A stretch of DNA of 64,000 bases from assembly GCA_034422935.1 (NCBI GenBank), contig DAOUJH010000010.1, forward strand, positions 193,055-257,054, given 5' to 3'. A program made the position numbers and the translations under genes. Positions 1-8,321 of this stretch are shown piece by piece; the first letter of the stretch is position 1, and each line of letters opens with the position of its first letter. Source of the DNA: Dehalococcoidia bacterium (GTDB lineage Bacteria > Chloroflexota > Dehalococcoidia > Lucifugimonadales > QGNO01). The notes under the pieces are model-generated. The model was not told where the DNA came from, did not search any database, and was given only the letters and a program-made list of their open reading frames with translations.

Positions 1-1
1 A

Positions 2-1120
2 TATGCCAAGAACGGGCCATACGGATGCCTAATCGCACCGGGCACCGCTCTCATCATCGCCAGGAACGCCATGTGGCACGGCGCTCGACGCGTCGGCGGC
101 TGGCCCATCGCCAACTTCCACTCCGGCACCGCTTGGGAGTTCTTCGACGTCCTGCGTGTAGGCACCGGATTCAAGACCTCCTCCGTGGGCAAGGAGATCA
201 TCGAGAAGCCAGGCGCTCACGGCAACCTCTTCTTCTTCATCACTGACGTCAACTACTGGGACATGCGCGGCGACCTCCTCGGCAAGTGCTACGGCACACT
301 CATCATGGTCCCGCGTGAGGAGATGGGCACCGGTCGAGCCATGTCCGTGGAGCGTCTGGGTGAGCGCATGATGTACGAGCGCAACGTCCCTAAGCTCAAT
401 GCCGAGCAGGTGGAGGAGATCATCGACCTCATGGAGAAGTCCAGACCCAGGGGCAAGGAAGTCCTCTACTGGGAGGACGTCAACGAGGGAGATAAGCTCC
501 CCACTTTCATCATTCCGCCCTGGACAGACCAGGACTGGACCGCCACCGGATTCATCCGCAACGGCCCCGGCAGAGGCTACCAGTTTGAGGGCGGTCACAA
601 GATGCGCCGCCACATCAGGCACGAAGGGCCCGGCGGATTTGCCTACACCCACCCCGTCTCCCGCTGGCCCTGGAGCGCCGCCGACGAGCACGGCGACGCC
701 CTAATGGCTGCATACCGCGGCCAGGCTCTCCCCTTTGACTGGGGCGGCCAGAGGTCGCAGATACCTCAGGCCCTGATGAGCAACTGGATGGGCGACCACG
801 GCTTCATCCGACGACTCCAGATGGCTTTGCGCAGACCCTTCTACTACTCCGATATCGGCCTCTACAACGGCACCGTCACCAAGAAGTTCACCGAGGTGCA
901 GAAGGGCGAACCCGGCGAAGGCGCCGTGGACGGTGAGCGCACCTACTACGCCGTCGGCATCAAGTACGAGGGACGCAACCAGGAGGACCAGGTCTTCGTA
1001 CAGGGCACCTCCACGGTATATCTCCCCTCGCGGGAAGGCGGCATGGTGCAGCTCCCCATCCCTCACGTGGCCAAGCCCCAGGCCATCCCCTACGAGACCT
1101 TCTACCGCGACTGGTATTAG
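2..1120 (+). CDS. Double hot-dog fold (MaoC-like / FAS1-type) acyl dehydratase family protein, 5'-truncated by the window edge; paralog of 15875..17254
   Basis: The frame is open from nt 2 (YAKNGPYGCL...) and aligns colinearly with the internal and C-terminal part of the 459-aa ORF at 15875..17254 (about 80% aa identity by eye). Both end in ...PYETFYRDWY. Stop TAG at 1118-1120. Confidence 0.8.
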   Translation, partial: YAKNGPYGCLIAPGTALIIARNAMWHGARRVGGWPIANFHSGTAWEFFDVLRVGTGFKTSSVGKEIIEKPGAHGNLFFFITDVNYWDMRGDLLGKCYGTLIMVPREEMGTGRAMSVERLGERMMYERNVPKLNAEQVEEIIDLMEKSRPRGKEVLYWEDVNEGDKLPTFIIPPWTDQDWTATGFIRNGPGRGYQFEGGHKMRRHIRHEGPGGFAYTHPVSRWPWSAADEHGDALMAAYRGQALPFDWGGQRSQIPQALMSNWMGDHGFIRRLQMALRRPFYYSDIGLYNGTVTKKFTEVQKGEPGEGAVDGERTYYAVGIKYEGRNQEDQVFVQGTSTVYLPSREGGMVQLPIPHVAKPQAIPYETFYRDWY

Positions 1121-1129
1121 AATATGCGA

Positions 1130-1270
1130 CCCCGCTCACCCTGAGCATAGTCGAAGGGCATGAGCGGGGAGATTGCAGGCATCGTAGTGTAGGGGCAGTT
1201 CGCGAACTGCCCCTACCTCCATCCAGAACCAACGGCTGTCCTCCGTCATTCTCGAGCGCAGCGAAGAATC
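1130..1270. repeat. Cluster of REP-like palindromic elements in the intergenic region
   Basis: A 9-bp stem CCCCGCTCA (1130-1138) pairs with TGAGCGGGG (1161-1169). A perfect 28-nt palindrome GTAGGGGCAGTTCG/CGAACTGCCCCTAC lies at 1189-1216. A third imperfect element GTCATTCTCGAGCGCAGCGAAGAATC lies at 1245-1270. Confidence 0.6.
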
Positions 1271-1381
1271 TTTCCCCGCAACAAACTACGTCACCCTACC
1301 CGCAAACTCCTCCCGTATGTCCCCATAAATACTCCCATGACCCCAACCCTACTGATGGACATGGTGCTGTAGACTACGGGA

Positions 1382-2278
1382 GTGCTTGCCCAAGCCAACA
1401 CCCGCAAGCTTTATCTGGGACTCGCCATTGGCGTTGTAGCTGTATCCTTTGCCGCCATATTCATCCGCCTCGCCGAAGCACCTTCCCTAACCATAGCCTC
1501 CTACAGAATGACCATCGCCGCAGCCATCATGATTGGGCTTGCCGCGGGCTCCTGGATCAGAAACGGCGTCCAGTCCGTCTCAGGTCTGACCAAACGGGAC
1601 CTGCCCCTTGTTCTCCTATCCTCCGCTTCCCTTTCGGTGCATTTCTGGACCTGGATACTGTCGCTGGAGTACACATCCGTCGCCAGCTCCGTCGTCCTGG
1701 TTACAACCAGCCCGTTCCTCGTCGCCATCGCGTCACGCGTCTTCTTCGCGGAGCCGATATACAAATACACGTTCGTCGGTATAGCTGTGGGCGTAGCCGG
1801 TGGGGTCATCCTGGCTGTGGGCGATGCCAGCGGAGGCGAAAGCGAGATTTTAGGCGATCTGCTGGCCTTCGCCGGGGCCGTCGCCATCGTGGGGTACATG
1901 CTGGCCGGTCGGCGACTGCGCCGACACGTTCCGGCGCTGAGCTACAACTCCGCCGTCTACAGCGTAACCGCAGTCATCTTGCTGATCGCCGCCATCCTGG
2001 CTGGCGATCCCTTCACCGGCTTCGCTCCACAGACCTACTTATGGCTGGTGATGGTGGCCCTGGTCCCACAGGTAGTCGGACACTCCCTGCTGAACTGGTC
2101 GCTGGCCCACGTCACTGCTACTGCAGTGGCCATTGCAGTCATGGCCGAACCCGTCATAGCTACCGCTGCGGCCGTGATCATACTGGGAGAAGCCCCACCG
2201 TTGACCAGTGTTATAGGGGGAGTCCTAATACTGTCTGGAATCTACGTGGCTATGAGATTCGGGCATTCCAGGTCTTAA
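1382..2278 (+). CDS. EamA/DMT-superfamily transporter (about 10 TM helices)
   Basis: 298-aa very hydrophobic ORF with a two-fold EamA-like organisation; GTG start. Confidence 0.75.
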   Translation: MLAQANTRKLYLGLAIGVVAVSFAAIFIRLAEAPSLTIASYRMTIAAAIMIGLAAGSWIRNGVQSVSGLTKRDLPLVLLSSASLSVHFWTWILSLEYTSVASSVVLVTTSPFLVAIASRVFFAEPIYKYTFVGIAVGVAGGVILAVGDASGGESEILGDLLAFAGAVAIVGYMLAGRRLRRHVPALSYNSAVYSVTAVILLIAAILAGDPFTGFAPQTYLWLVMVALVPQVVGHSLLNWSLAHVTATAVAIAVMAEPVIATAAAVIILGEAPPLTSVIGGVLILSGIYVAMRFGHSRS

Positions 2279-2285
2279 CCGATAT

Positions 2286-2675
2286 CTAACCCAAGTCTAC
2301 CAGCACATGTCCTGCGGTCACACTTTGGCCCGGCGCGATATGCACTACCTGTACGGTGCCGGCTGCAGGTGCTCTTATGGCTTGTTGCAGCTTGATGGCC
2401 TCCAGAACGCACAGAGCGTCGCCCTCCGCCACCCTCTGCCCCGGCTCGACACCAACCGAGACGATCACACCCGGCATGGGCGACCTGACTTGCATCGCCC
2501 TTCCCGCGGGCAGTTGGGAAGGGGTGGCCGCAGGTAATATCGCCTCGGTCAGTCCTTCTACGTTTACCTCGACCGTCTCACCATCGACCAGCACGCGGAT
2601 GGGGTTCGATGAGATGTCGCCTACTTCGACTTCATGCCATCTATCGCCGATTTTTACCCTGATGCGCTTTGCCAT
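2286..2675 (-). CDS. Biotin carboxyl carrier (biotinyl/lipoyl domain) subunit of a Na+-translocating decarboxylase (MmdC/GcdC-like)
   Basis: The C-terminal half has a biotinyl-domain pattern PMPGVIV...GQRV..GDALCVLEAIKLQQAIRAP (Lys in EAIKL instead of the canonical EAMKM). The N-terminus has the RIRVKIGDRWHEVEV motif, as in 1.3S-type carriers. It starts 4 nt downstream of the beta-subunit gene. Confidence 0.75.
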   Translation of the reverse strand: MAKRIRVKIGDRWHEVEVGDISSNPIRVLVDGETVEVNVEGLTEAILPAATPSQLPAGRAMQVRSPMPGVIVSVGVEPGQRVAEGDALCVLEAIKLQQAIRAPAAGTVQVVHIAPGQSVTAGHVLVDLG

Positions 2676-2678
2676 GGT

Positions 2679-3857
2679 CTAGCCGAGTAATGAGATGAAC
2701 ACGCCCGCCACCACCGCCGACCCGATCACGCCCGCCACATTGGGCCCCATTGCATGAGGCAGAAGGAAAGTATCCGGATTGGCTTCCTGGCCCTCGGCGT
2801 GAGCGATGCGGGCCGCCATAGGCACTGCGGAAACGCCGGCTGCGCCTATCAGCGGGTTTATCTTTTCCTTGGAGATCAGGTTCATCAGCTTGGCAAAGAG
2901 TATCCCTCCCACAGTGCCAACGGCCAGGGCGACCAGCCCCAGGGCCAGGATGGCTAGCGTTTCCAGCTGCAGTACTTTTTCGGCGGAAAGTTGCGCTCCC
3001 ACCGTGACCATGAGGAAGATGGTGACCACGTTGATAACCTCGTTCGAGGCCGCTTGACTAAGGCGAGGCACCACGCCGCTTACCGCTAGCAGGTTGCCTA
3101 GCATAAACATGCCTATCAGTGGCGCCGCATTGGGGACAAGCAGGATGATGAGGATCATGGCCAGGAGCGGGAATACCAGTCTTTCCAACTTGGACACTTC
3201 CCGCGCCGGAGGCATTACTATCCGCCGCTCCCGCTTGGTGGTGAGGAGCCGCATCAAAGGAGGCTGTATGAACGCCAAGCCTGCCATGTAGGTGTAGGCG
3301 ACCACCGCAGTGCGACCCAACAGGTCAGGAGCCAGTATGGCGGAAAGGAATATCGTGGTGGGGCCGTCCGCGCCGCCTATGATGCCGATAGACGCCGCTT
3401 CTCTGGTAGAGAAGTCTATGCCTATTTCGGGAACCAGGCTGATGGCCAGTGCTCCCCAGAAAGCCACGAATATGCCCACTTGTGCCGCTCCACCCAGAAG
3501 TAGCGTTTTAGGATTGGCGATAATTGGCGTGAAGTCGGTGAGCGCGCCGAGTCCAAGGAATATCAATGGGGGCAGTATGTTCCAGAAGGAGAGTGTGAAA
3601 TGAAAGGTGAGCCCAAGGATACCGGAGCCCTGCAGCGCCTCCGGAGCCAGCGGGTCGCCCGGGGCAAGCTGCGTCAAAGCATTGAGAGGCAGGTTGGCAA
3701 TTATGACCCCTATGCCTATCGGCAGCAATTCGTACGGCTCCGCCTTCTTGGCGATTGCCGTGTAGATGAATAGCAACCCCAGCGCAATGAGCAAGAGATT
3801 GCCCGGAGTCAAGTTGAGAAAACCGGTCTCGTTCAGGTATTGGCTAAGGTCAGGCAC
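2679..3857 (-). CDS. Na+-translocating decarboxylase beta subunit (OadB/MmdB/GcdB family)
   Basis: 392-aa polytopic membrane protein. The N-terminus (...GFLNLTPGNLLLIALGLLFIYTAIAKKAEPYELLPIGIGVIIANLP) is typical of OadB-family proteins. Confidence 0.85.
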   Translation of the reverse strand: MPDLSQYLNETGFLNLTPGNLLLIALGLLFIYTAIAKKAEPYELLPIGIGVIIANLPLNALTQLAPGDPLAPEALQGSGILGLTFHFTLSFWNILPPLIFLGLGALTDFTPIIANPKTLLLGGAAQVGIFVAFWGALAISLVPEIGIDFSTREAASIGIIGGADGPTTIFLSAILAPDLLGRTAVVAYTYMAGLAFIQPPLMRLLTTKRERRIVMPPAREVSKLERLVFPLLAMILIILLVPNAAPLIGMFMLGNLLAVSGVVPRLSQAASNEVINVVTIFLMVTVGAQLSAEKVLQLETLAILALGLVALAVGTVGGILFAKLMNLISKEKINPLIGAAGVSAVPMAARIAHAEGQEANPDTFLLPHAMGPNVAGVIGSAVVAGVFISLLG

Positions 3858-3865
3858 AGGCTACT

Positions 3866-4114
3866 CTATTCAGAAGGGTCATCTTCAGCTTGCTGCGTCT
3901 GCGCCAGGGCAACTCCCACTCCAATGGAAGCCGCCAGCGCTTTATCGCGTGCCTCCGCCGCCGCAGAACCCAGCAACCGCCTCTGTAGCCATTGCCACCG
4001 CAGCGACCATCCGGTGAGCACAACTATGACCATCAGTATAACCAGCGCCGCAAACGCGGTGCCCACACCAAACAAGGTTAGTCCTATAGCTTCCTCAAAT
4101 TCGGCGGTTGTCAT
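3866..4114 (-). CDS. OadG-like small membrane subunit of a Na+-translocating decarboxylase
   Basis: 82 aa with a single N-terminal TM helix (GLTLFGVGTAFAALVILMVIVVL) followed by an Ala-rich tail; lies directly upstream of the beta subunit gene. Confidence 0.6.
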   Translation of the reverse strand: MTTAEFEEAIGLTLFGVGTAFAALVILMVIVVLTGWSLRWQWLQRRLLGSAAAEARDKALAASIGVGVALAQTQQAEDDPSE

Positions 4115-4142
4115 ATAGAATCCTCAGCCGCGCGATTCGCGA

Positions 4143-4745
4143 TCAACTCAGCGGCGCCACACTGAAGAGCACGTGAAACGGCTTGCAGTATATAACCACG
4201 GAGCGATATTGAGACAAGTCCAGATCTGGGATCGGATAGTTCTGATTGCCTATGTTCCCCTTCAGCTTGTCCAGCTCCACGTACTCCTCGCTATCGAATT
4301 CGCCTCTGCTCATGGGGTCAGGATGTGCACTAAGCAGCACTCTCAAATCAGGTCCGTTCGTCACTCTCAAATCCTCCACCCGGAGAACGTGCGATCCATC
4401 GGCTAGCCTGTATATCGTGGCCTGCCCACTGCCCATGTGGAAGCTGTCGGCATCGCGGAAAGAGCCGTTCTTGACCACTGTGGCCGCTGTCCCATCATCC
4501 ATCATGGATTCCATCATGGAGCTGTCCATCTTGGCCATGCCCTCCATGATGGTCTCCACTTCCGAGCGGGTCATTCCTTCAGGAATGTCCGCCCCCACGG
4601 TCATGGGAAACTCTTCATCGACCGTTTTATCAATGAACAGGGGAGAGCCCAGCCACCAGGCCAGCGCCAGGACCGGGATGAGCACCACCACCAATCCACC
4701 GATGATGAGCCGTCTTCGCTTGGTAGAAAATAACTTCATTTTCAC
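4143..4745 (-). CDS. Membrane-anchored DM13 domain protein with a Met-rich linker
   Basis: N-terminal TM anchor, then a Met-rich segment MEGMAKMDSSMMESMMDD. The C-terminal domain has a DM13-like pattern (GSFRDADSFHMGSGQATIYRL..GSHVLRVEDLRVTNGPDLRVLL). Confidence 0.7.
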   Translation of the reverse strand: MKMKLFSTKRRRLIIGGLVVVLIPVLALAWWLGSPLFIDKTVDEEFPMTVGADIPEGMTRSEVETIMEGMAKMDSSMMESMMDDGTAATVVKNGSFRDADSFHMGSGQATIYRLADGSHVLRVEDLRVTNGPDLRVLLSAHPDPMSRGEFDSEEYVELDKLKGNIGNQNYPIPDLDLSQYRSVVIYCKPFHVLFSVAPLS

Positions 4746-4757
4746 TCGCTCTCCGAT

Positions 4758-5558
4758 TCAATCTTTTTCAGCACGCACAAGCAGCATGGGATGCGTGAAC
4801 AGTATGGCATCACCATCCCTCTTCACTTCCAGTCCGCTCTTACTGTCGAGTACGTCCTGCTCAAACAATGAGCGAACCCTATCTCTGGTCTCGTCTGGGC
4901 AAATGGTCATCCACTCGTCCAGATCGCGGTAGGAAGGCAGCACTCCCAGCAGTCTGACGCTCAGGCCTGCCTTTTGCGCCATCCGACGCCAGTTGGAAGG
5001 TGTGAGGTTGGTGATGTGAGAAGGGTCGCGCAGGCGCTCCATCTCCTGATGGAGCGCCCTTATCGGCGGCACTTCCGACGTAGTGATGTCCAGAGCGCAC
5101 AGAGCACCGCCCGGCCTCAAAACGCGGGCCATTTGCGCCATTATCCGCTCAGGCTCATCAAAGTGGTGGAAGGCAGATGTACAGGTAACTATATCGAAGG
5201 ACCCGTCAGGAAACGGAAGGTCTGCGGCGTCTCCCAGCACAAACTTGCAGTTGCCGACGTTTTTTTCTCTGGCCAGTTCCTCCGCCCTTTCGATTACGGC
5301 GGGCGTTAGGTCCAGCCCGGTCGCATGCCGAACGTGTTCGGCCATAGGCACTGCAACCACCCCTGCGCCGCAGGCCACGTCCAGCATCTCCAATTCCTGC
5401 AGCTTCGCAGCGCTGCCGCTCATGCGCACCAGGTCAAGCAGCCATTTCAGCCGCTCCTCGCTGACGAATGCAGGGCTGGTGCTTATGTACCCCGCCTGGG
5501 CGGTGAACGCAGACCTGATCAAGTCCGCGTGGCTCTGCTTAGACTGCATTCCTGCCAT
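4758..5558 (-). CDS. Class I SAM-dependent methyltransferase (Methyltransf_11/UbiE-like)
   Basis: SAM motif I LDVACGAGV, post-I GLDLT, and motif II/III DIVTCTSAFHHF...LRPGG. Confidence 0.8.
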   Translation of the reverse strand: MAGMQSKQSHADLIRSAFTAQAGYISTSPAFVSEERLKWLLDLVRMSGSAAKLQELEMLDVACGAGVVAVPMAEHVRHATGLDLTPAVIERAEELAREKNVGNCKFVLGDAADLPFPDGSFDIVTCTSAFHHFDEPERIMAQMARVLRPGGALCALDITTSEVPPIRALHQEMERLRDPSHITNLTPSNWRRMAQKAGLSVRLLGVLPSYRDLDEWMTICPDETRDRVRSLFEQDVLDSKSGLEVKRDGDAILFTHPMLLVRAEKD

Positions 5559-5658
5559 CCTCCATATTCACGACGTTCCTTTGAGTCGTGTTTGGGGCTA
5601 GTATAGCATGGCCCAGGGAGCTATATAATAATAGACGCTGTACGATCCAGGAGGCGCT

Positions 5659-6423
5659 ATGACGGCCAGAATAGACTTCAACTGTGACATGGGAGAGAGC
5701 TTTGGCTCCTACAAGCTGGGCCAAGATGAAGAGGTTATCAAATACATCACCTCGGCCAACGTGGCCTGCGGCTTCCATGCCGGCGACCCGCAGTGGATGC
5801 GCCACACCGTTAGGCTCGCTGAAGAGCACGGTGTAGGCGTAGGCGCACACCCCAGCTTCCCCGACCTTCAGGGGTTTGGCCGTCGCAACATGGTAGTCAC
5901 CTCCGCCGAGGCGAAGAACGACGTGATGTACCAGATAGGCGCGCTCAGAGCCTTCACCAGAGACCATGGTTTGCAGCACGTGAAGCCCCACGGTGCCATG
6001 TACAACACGGCGGTGGATGGAGGCGACCTGGCCAAGGCAATCAATGAAGCGGTCTTGGAGATAGACCCGGATATGATCCTCGTAGTGCTGGCGGGCAGCC
6101 CCTGGGCCGAGGTGGCCCGCGAGATGGGACTGCGCGTGGCAACGGAGGCGTTCGCCGACCGCGCCCTCAACCCGGACGGCACGCTGGTCTCCAGGTCCAA
6201 GCCCGGCTCTGTGATCCACGATCTGGATGAAGTGGTGGAACGAAGCCTGAAGATGGTAACCGAAGGCAGAGCCACAGCCATCACCGGAGAAGAGGTCGAG
6301 ATTCAAGCCGACACCCTCTGCCTGCACGGAGACACCCCAGGCGCGGTGGAGATGGCGCGCGCCGTGCGGAACGGTCTGAGAGATGCCGGCGTCGAGATCG
6401 TACGCCTGAGTGAGATGGTCTAG
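5659..6423 (+). CDS. pxpA: 5-oxoprolinase subunit A (LamB/YcsF family)
   Basis: IDFNCDMGESFG...SANVACGFHAGDP...GAHPSFPD motifs, characteristic of PxpA. Confidence 0.9.
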   Translation: MTARIDFNCDMGESFGSYKLGQDEEVIKYITSANVACGFHAGDPQWMRHTVRLAEEHGVGVGAHPSFPDLQGFGRRNMVVTSAEAKNDVMYQIGALRAFTRDHGLQHVKPHGAMYNTAVDGGDLAKAINEAVLEIDPDMILVVLAGSPWAEVAREMGLRVATEAFADRALNPDGTLVSRSKPGSVIHDLDEVVERSLKMVTEGRATAITGEEVEIQADTLCLHGDTPGAVEMARAVRNGLRDAGVEIVRLSEMV

Positions 6424-6426
6424 TCC

Positions 6427-7152
6427 ATGGCCGATTTGAGATTCGTTCCCGCCGGAGACAAAGCCTTCGTCATTGAGATGGGCACAGGCATATCCCCTGA
6501 AATCAATCGCAAGGTGCATAACCTGTTCCTGGCTATAGAAAAGCAGGGCATACCGGGAGTTCTAGACATGGTGCCGACCTATCGCTCCCTTCTCATCAAC
6601 TACGACCCATTGACCTTGCCACCGAATGAGTTGGAGGAGCGGGTAAGAACGCTGACGCAAGACCTGGATGAGACTGCTACAGGGGCATCCAGGGTGGTCG
6701 AACTACCCACCGTGTACGGCGACGACCACGGTCCTGACTTGGGGCACGTAGCTGAGCATAACGGCCTTACGGAAGAAGAGGTGATCGCGTTGCACTCCGG
6801 CACGGACTACCTAGTGTATATGATGGGGTTCACTCCCGGGTTTACCTATCTGGGAGGCATGTCAGAAAAGATAGCCACGCCGCGTTTGCAGACGCCGCGC
6901 ACAGCGATACCCGCAGGATCCGTGGGTATCGCTGAACGGCAAACGGGCGTCTATCCCATTGAGAGTCCCGGCGGCTGGCGGCTCATTGGGCGTACCCCGG
7001 TGCAACTGTTCGATCCATCGAAGCAGCCTCCCGTTATAGCTGAGCCAGGCGACTATATACGGTTCGTTCCTGTGCCCTCGGAAGAGTACCAAAGGATCCT
7101 CGAAGAAGTTGGGAACGGGGCCTACCAAGCGGCCTCATACCCCGTGGAGTAG
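6427..7152 (+). CDS. pxpB: 5-oxoprolinase subunit B (KipI / allophanate hydrolase subunit 1 family)
   Basis: KipI-like sequence, located between pxpA and pxpC with 3-nt and 2-nt spacers. Confidence 0.85.
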   Translation: MADLRFVPAGDKAFVIEMGTGISPEINRKVHNLFLAIEKQGIPGVLDMVPTYRSLLINYDPLTLPPNELEERVRTLTQDLDETATGASRVVELPTVYGDDHGPDLGHVAEHNGLTEEEVIALHSGTDYLVYMMGFTPGFTYLGGMSEKIATPRLQTPRTAIPAGSVGIAERQTGVYPIESPGGWRLIGRTPVQLFDPSKQPPVIAEPGDYIRFVPVPSEEYQRILEEVGNGAYQAASYPVE

Positions 7153-7154
7153 GT

Positions 7155-8267
7155 ATGGATATCATAGAAGTGCTGGACGGCGGCATTTTCACCACGGTGC
7201 AAGACCTGGGCCGCTACGGCTACCAGAGGTACGGTGTCCCCGTGTCCGGGGCAATGGATTCCTTTGCCCTGCGAGCCGCCAACCTCCTAGTGGGGAACCG
7301 CGAGGGTGACGCCGGCCTGGAAATGACCCTTGCCGGCCCCAGTCTCCGTTTCCTGGACGAAACCGTAGTAGCGATAACCGGCGCCGACCTTATGCCCGCA
7401 TTGGACGGCGAACCGACTCCCACGTGGCAGCCCGTGGCAGTGCAGAAAGGCGCCGAGCTTCAGTTCCACGGCATCAGTGACGGTGTGAGAGCCTATCTTG
7501 CTATAGCGGGAGGCCTGGACATTCCGCCCATGCTGGGCAGCCGCTCCACTTACACAAGAGCCAACATCGGCGGACTAGAAGGCCGCGCCCTGGCCCCCGG
7601 CGACAGGTTGGCTTCCCCTACACGCATGGACCGAGTGGAGGGGAGACGTTTCCCCCGGACGGCAGTACCTCACTATGGCCACGCTCACCGGATTAGAGTA
7701 ACCCCGGGACAGCAGGAGCATGCCTTTACCGAACAGGGTATCGAGACCTTTCTTTCGTCCAGCTATACCGTTACCCCACGGTCGGACCGGATAGGTTACA
7801 GACTGGAAGGGCCGCCAATCGAGCACAAGGCCGGCGCGGACATTGTCTCGGACGGCATCCCGTTCGGGGCAGTACAGGTCACCGGCGATGGCATGCCCAT
7901 TGTCCTTCTAGCCGATAGGGGTACCACGGGAGGCTACACCAAGATAGCCATTGTGATCAGCACCGATATCATGCGCCTGGCACAGGCGGCTCCGGGAGAC
8001 GTGGTCACGTTCCATAGAGCAACGCTTGAAGAGGCGTGCGAAGCCTTACTGGAACAGGAGAGCCTCATCCAAGAGATCCGGAAGAGCCCCAGCGTTGTAT
8101 TCGCCCGCCAAAGACTCGCCATCCGCGTGAATGACCGGGAGTACATCGCGGAAACTGGGCTATCGGAAGCAATTGAGACCACGGCTGAATCCAGGACGGT
8201 TCGCGCTTCACTCCATGATGAGACCTATACCTTCACCGTCGAGGTGGATGGCAACTCCTCCGCTTGA
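7155..8267 (+). CDS. pxpC: 5-oxoprolinase subunit C (KipA / allophanate hydrolase subunit 2 family) with a C-terminal extension of about 50 aa
   Basis: The N-terminus ...FTTVQDLGRYGYQRYGVPVSGAMD is typical of PxpC/KipA. At 370 aa it is longer than the about 310-335 aa I recall for characterised homologs. Confidence 0.85.
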   Translation: MDIIEVLDGGIFTTVQDLGRYGYQRYGVPVSGAMDSFALRAANLLVGNREGDAGLEMTLAGPSLRFLDETVVAITGADLMPALDGEPTPTWQPVAVQKGAELQFHGISDGVRAYLAIAGGLDIPPMLGSRSTYTRANIGGLEGRALAPGDRLASPTRMDRVEGRRFPRTAVPHYGHAHRIRVTPGQQEHAFTEQGIETFLSSSYTVTPRSDRIGYRLEGPPIEHKAGADIVSDGIPFGAVQVTGDGMPIVLLADRGTTGGYTKIAIVISTDIMRLAQAAPGDVVTFHRATLEEACEALLEQESLIQEIRKSPSVVFARQRLAIRVNDREYIAETGLSEAIETTAESRTVRASLHDETYTFTVEVDGNSSA

Positions 8268-8321
8268 CACCTCCTGGGAAGGAGCCTACCATCAACCCAA
8301 AGCTGTACGAGGAGGCGTATC

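Noticed and set aside
5559-5658. Guanidine (ykkC / mini-ykkC) riboswitch upstream of pxpA, because KipI/KipA-type genes are often guanidine-regulated
   Set aside because: Only about 100 nt are available. I found no CUAGGGUUCCG/GGUCCGAGAG-type conserved blocks and no pair of ACGR-loop hairpins with convincing stems.
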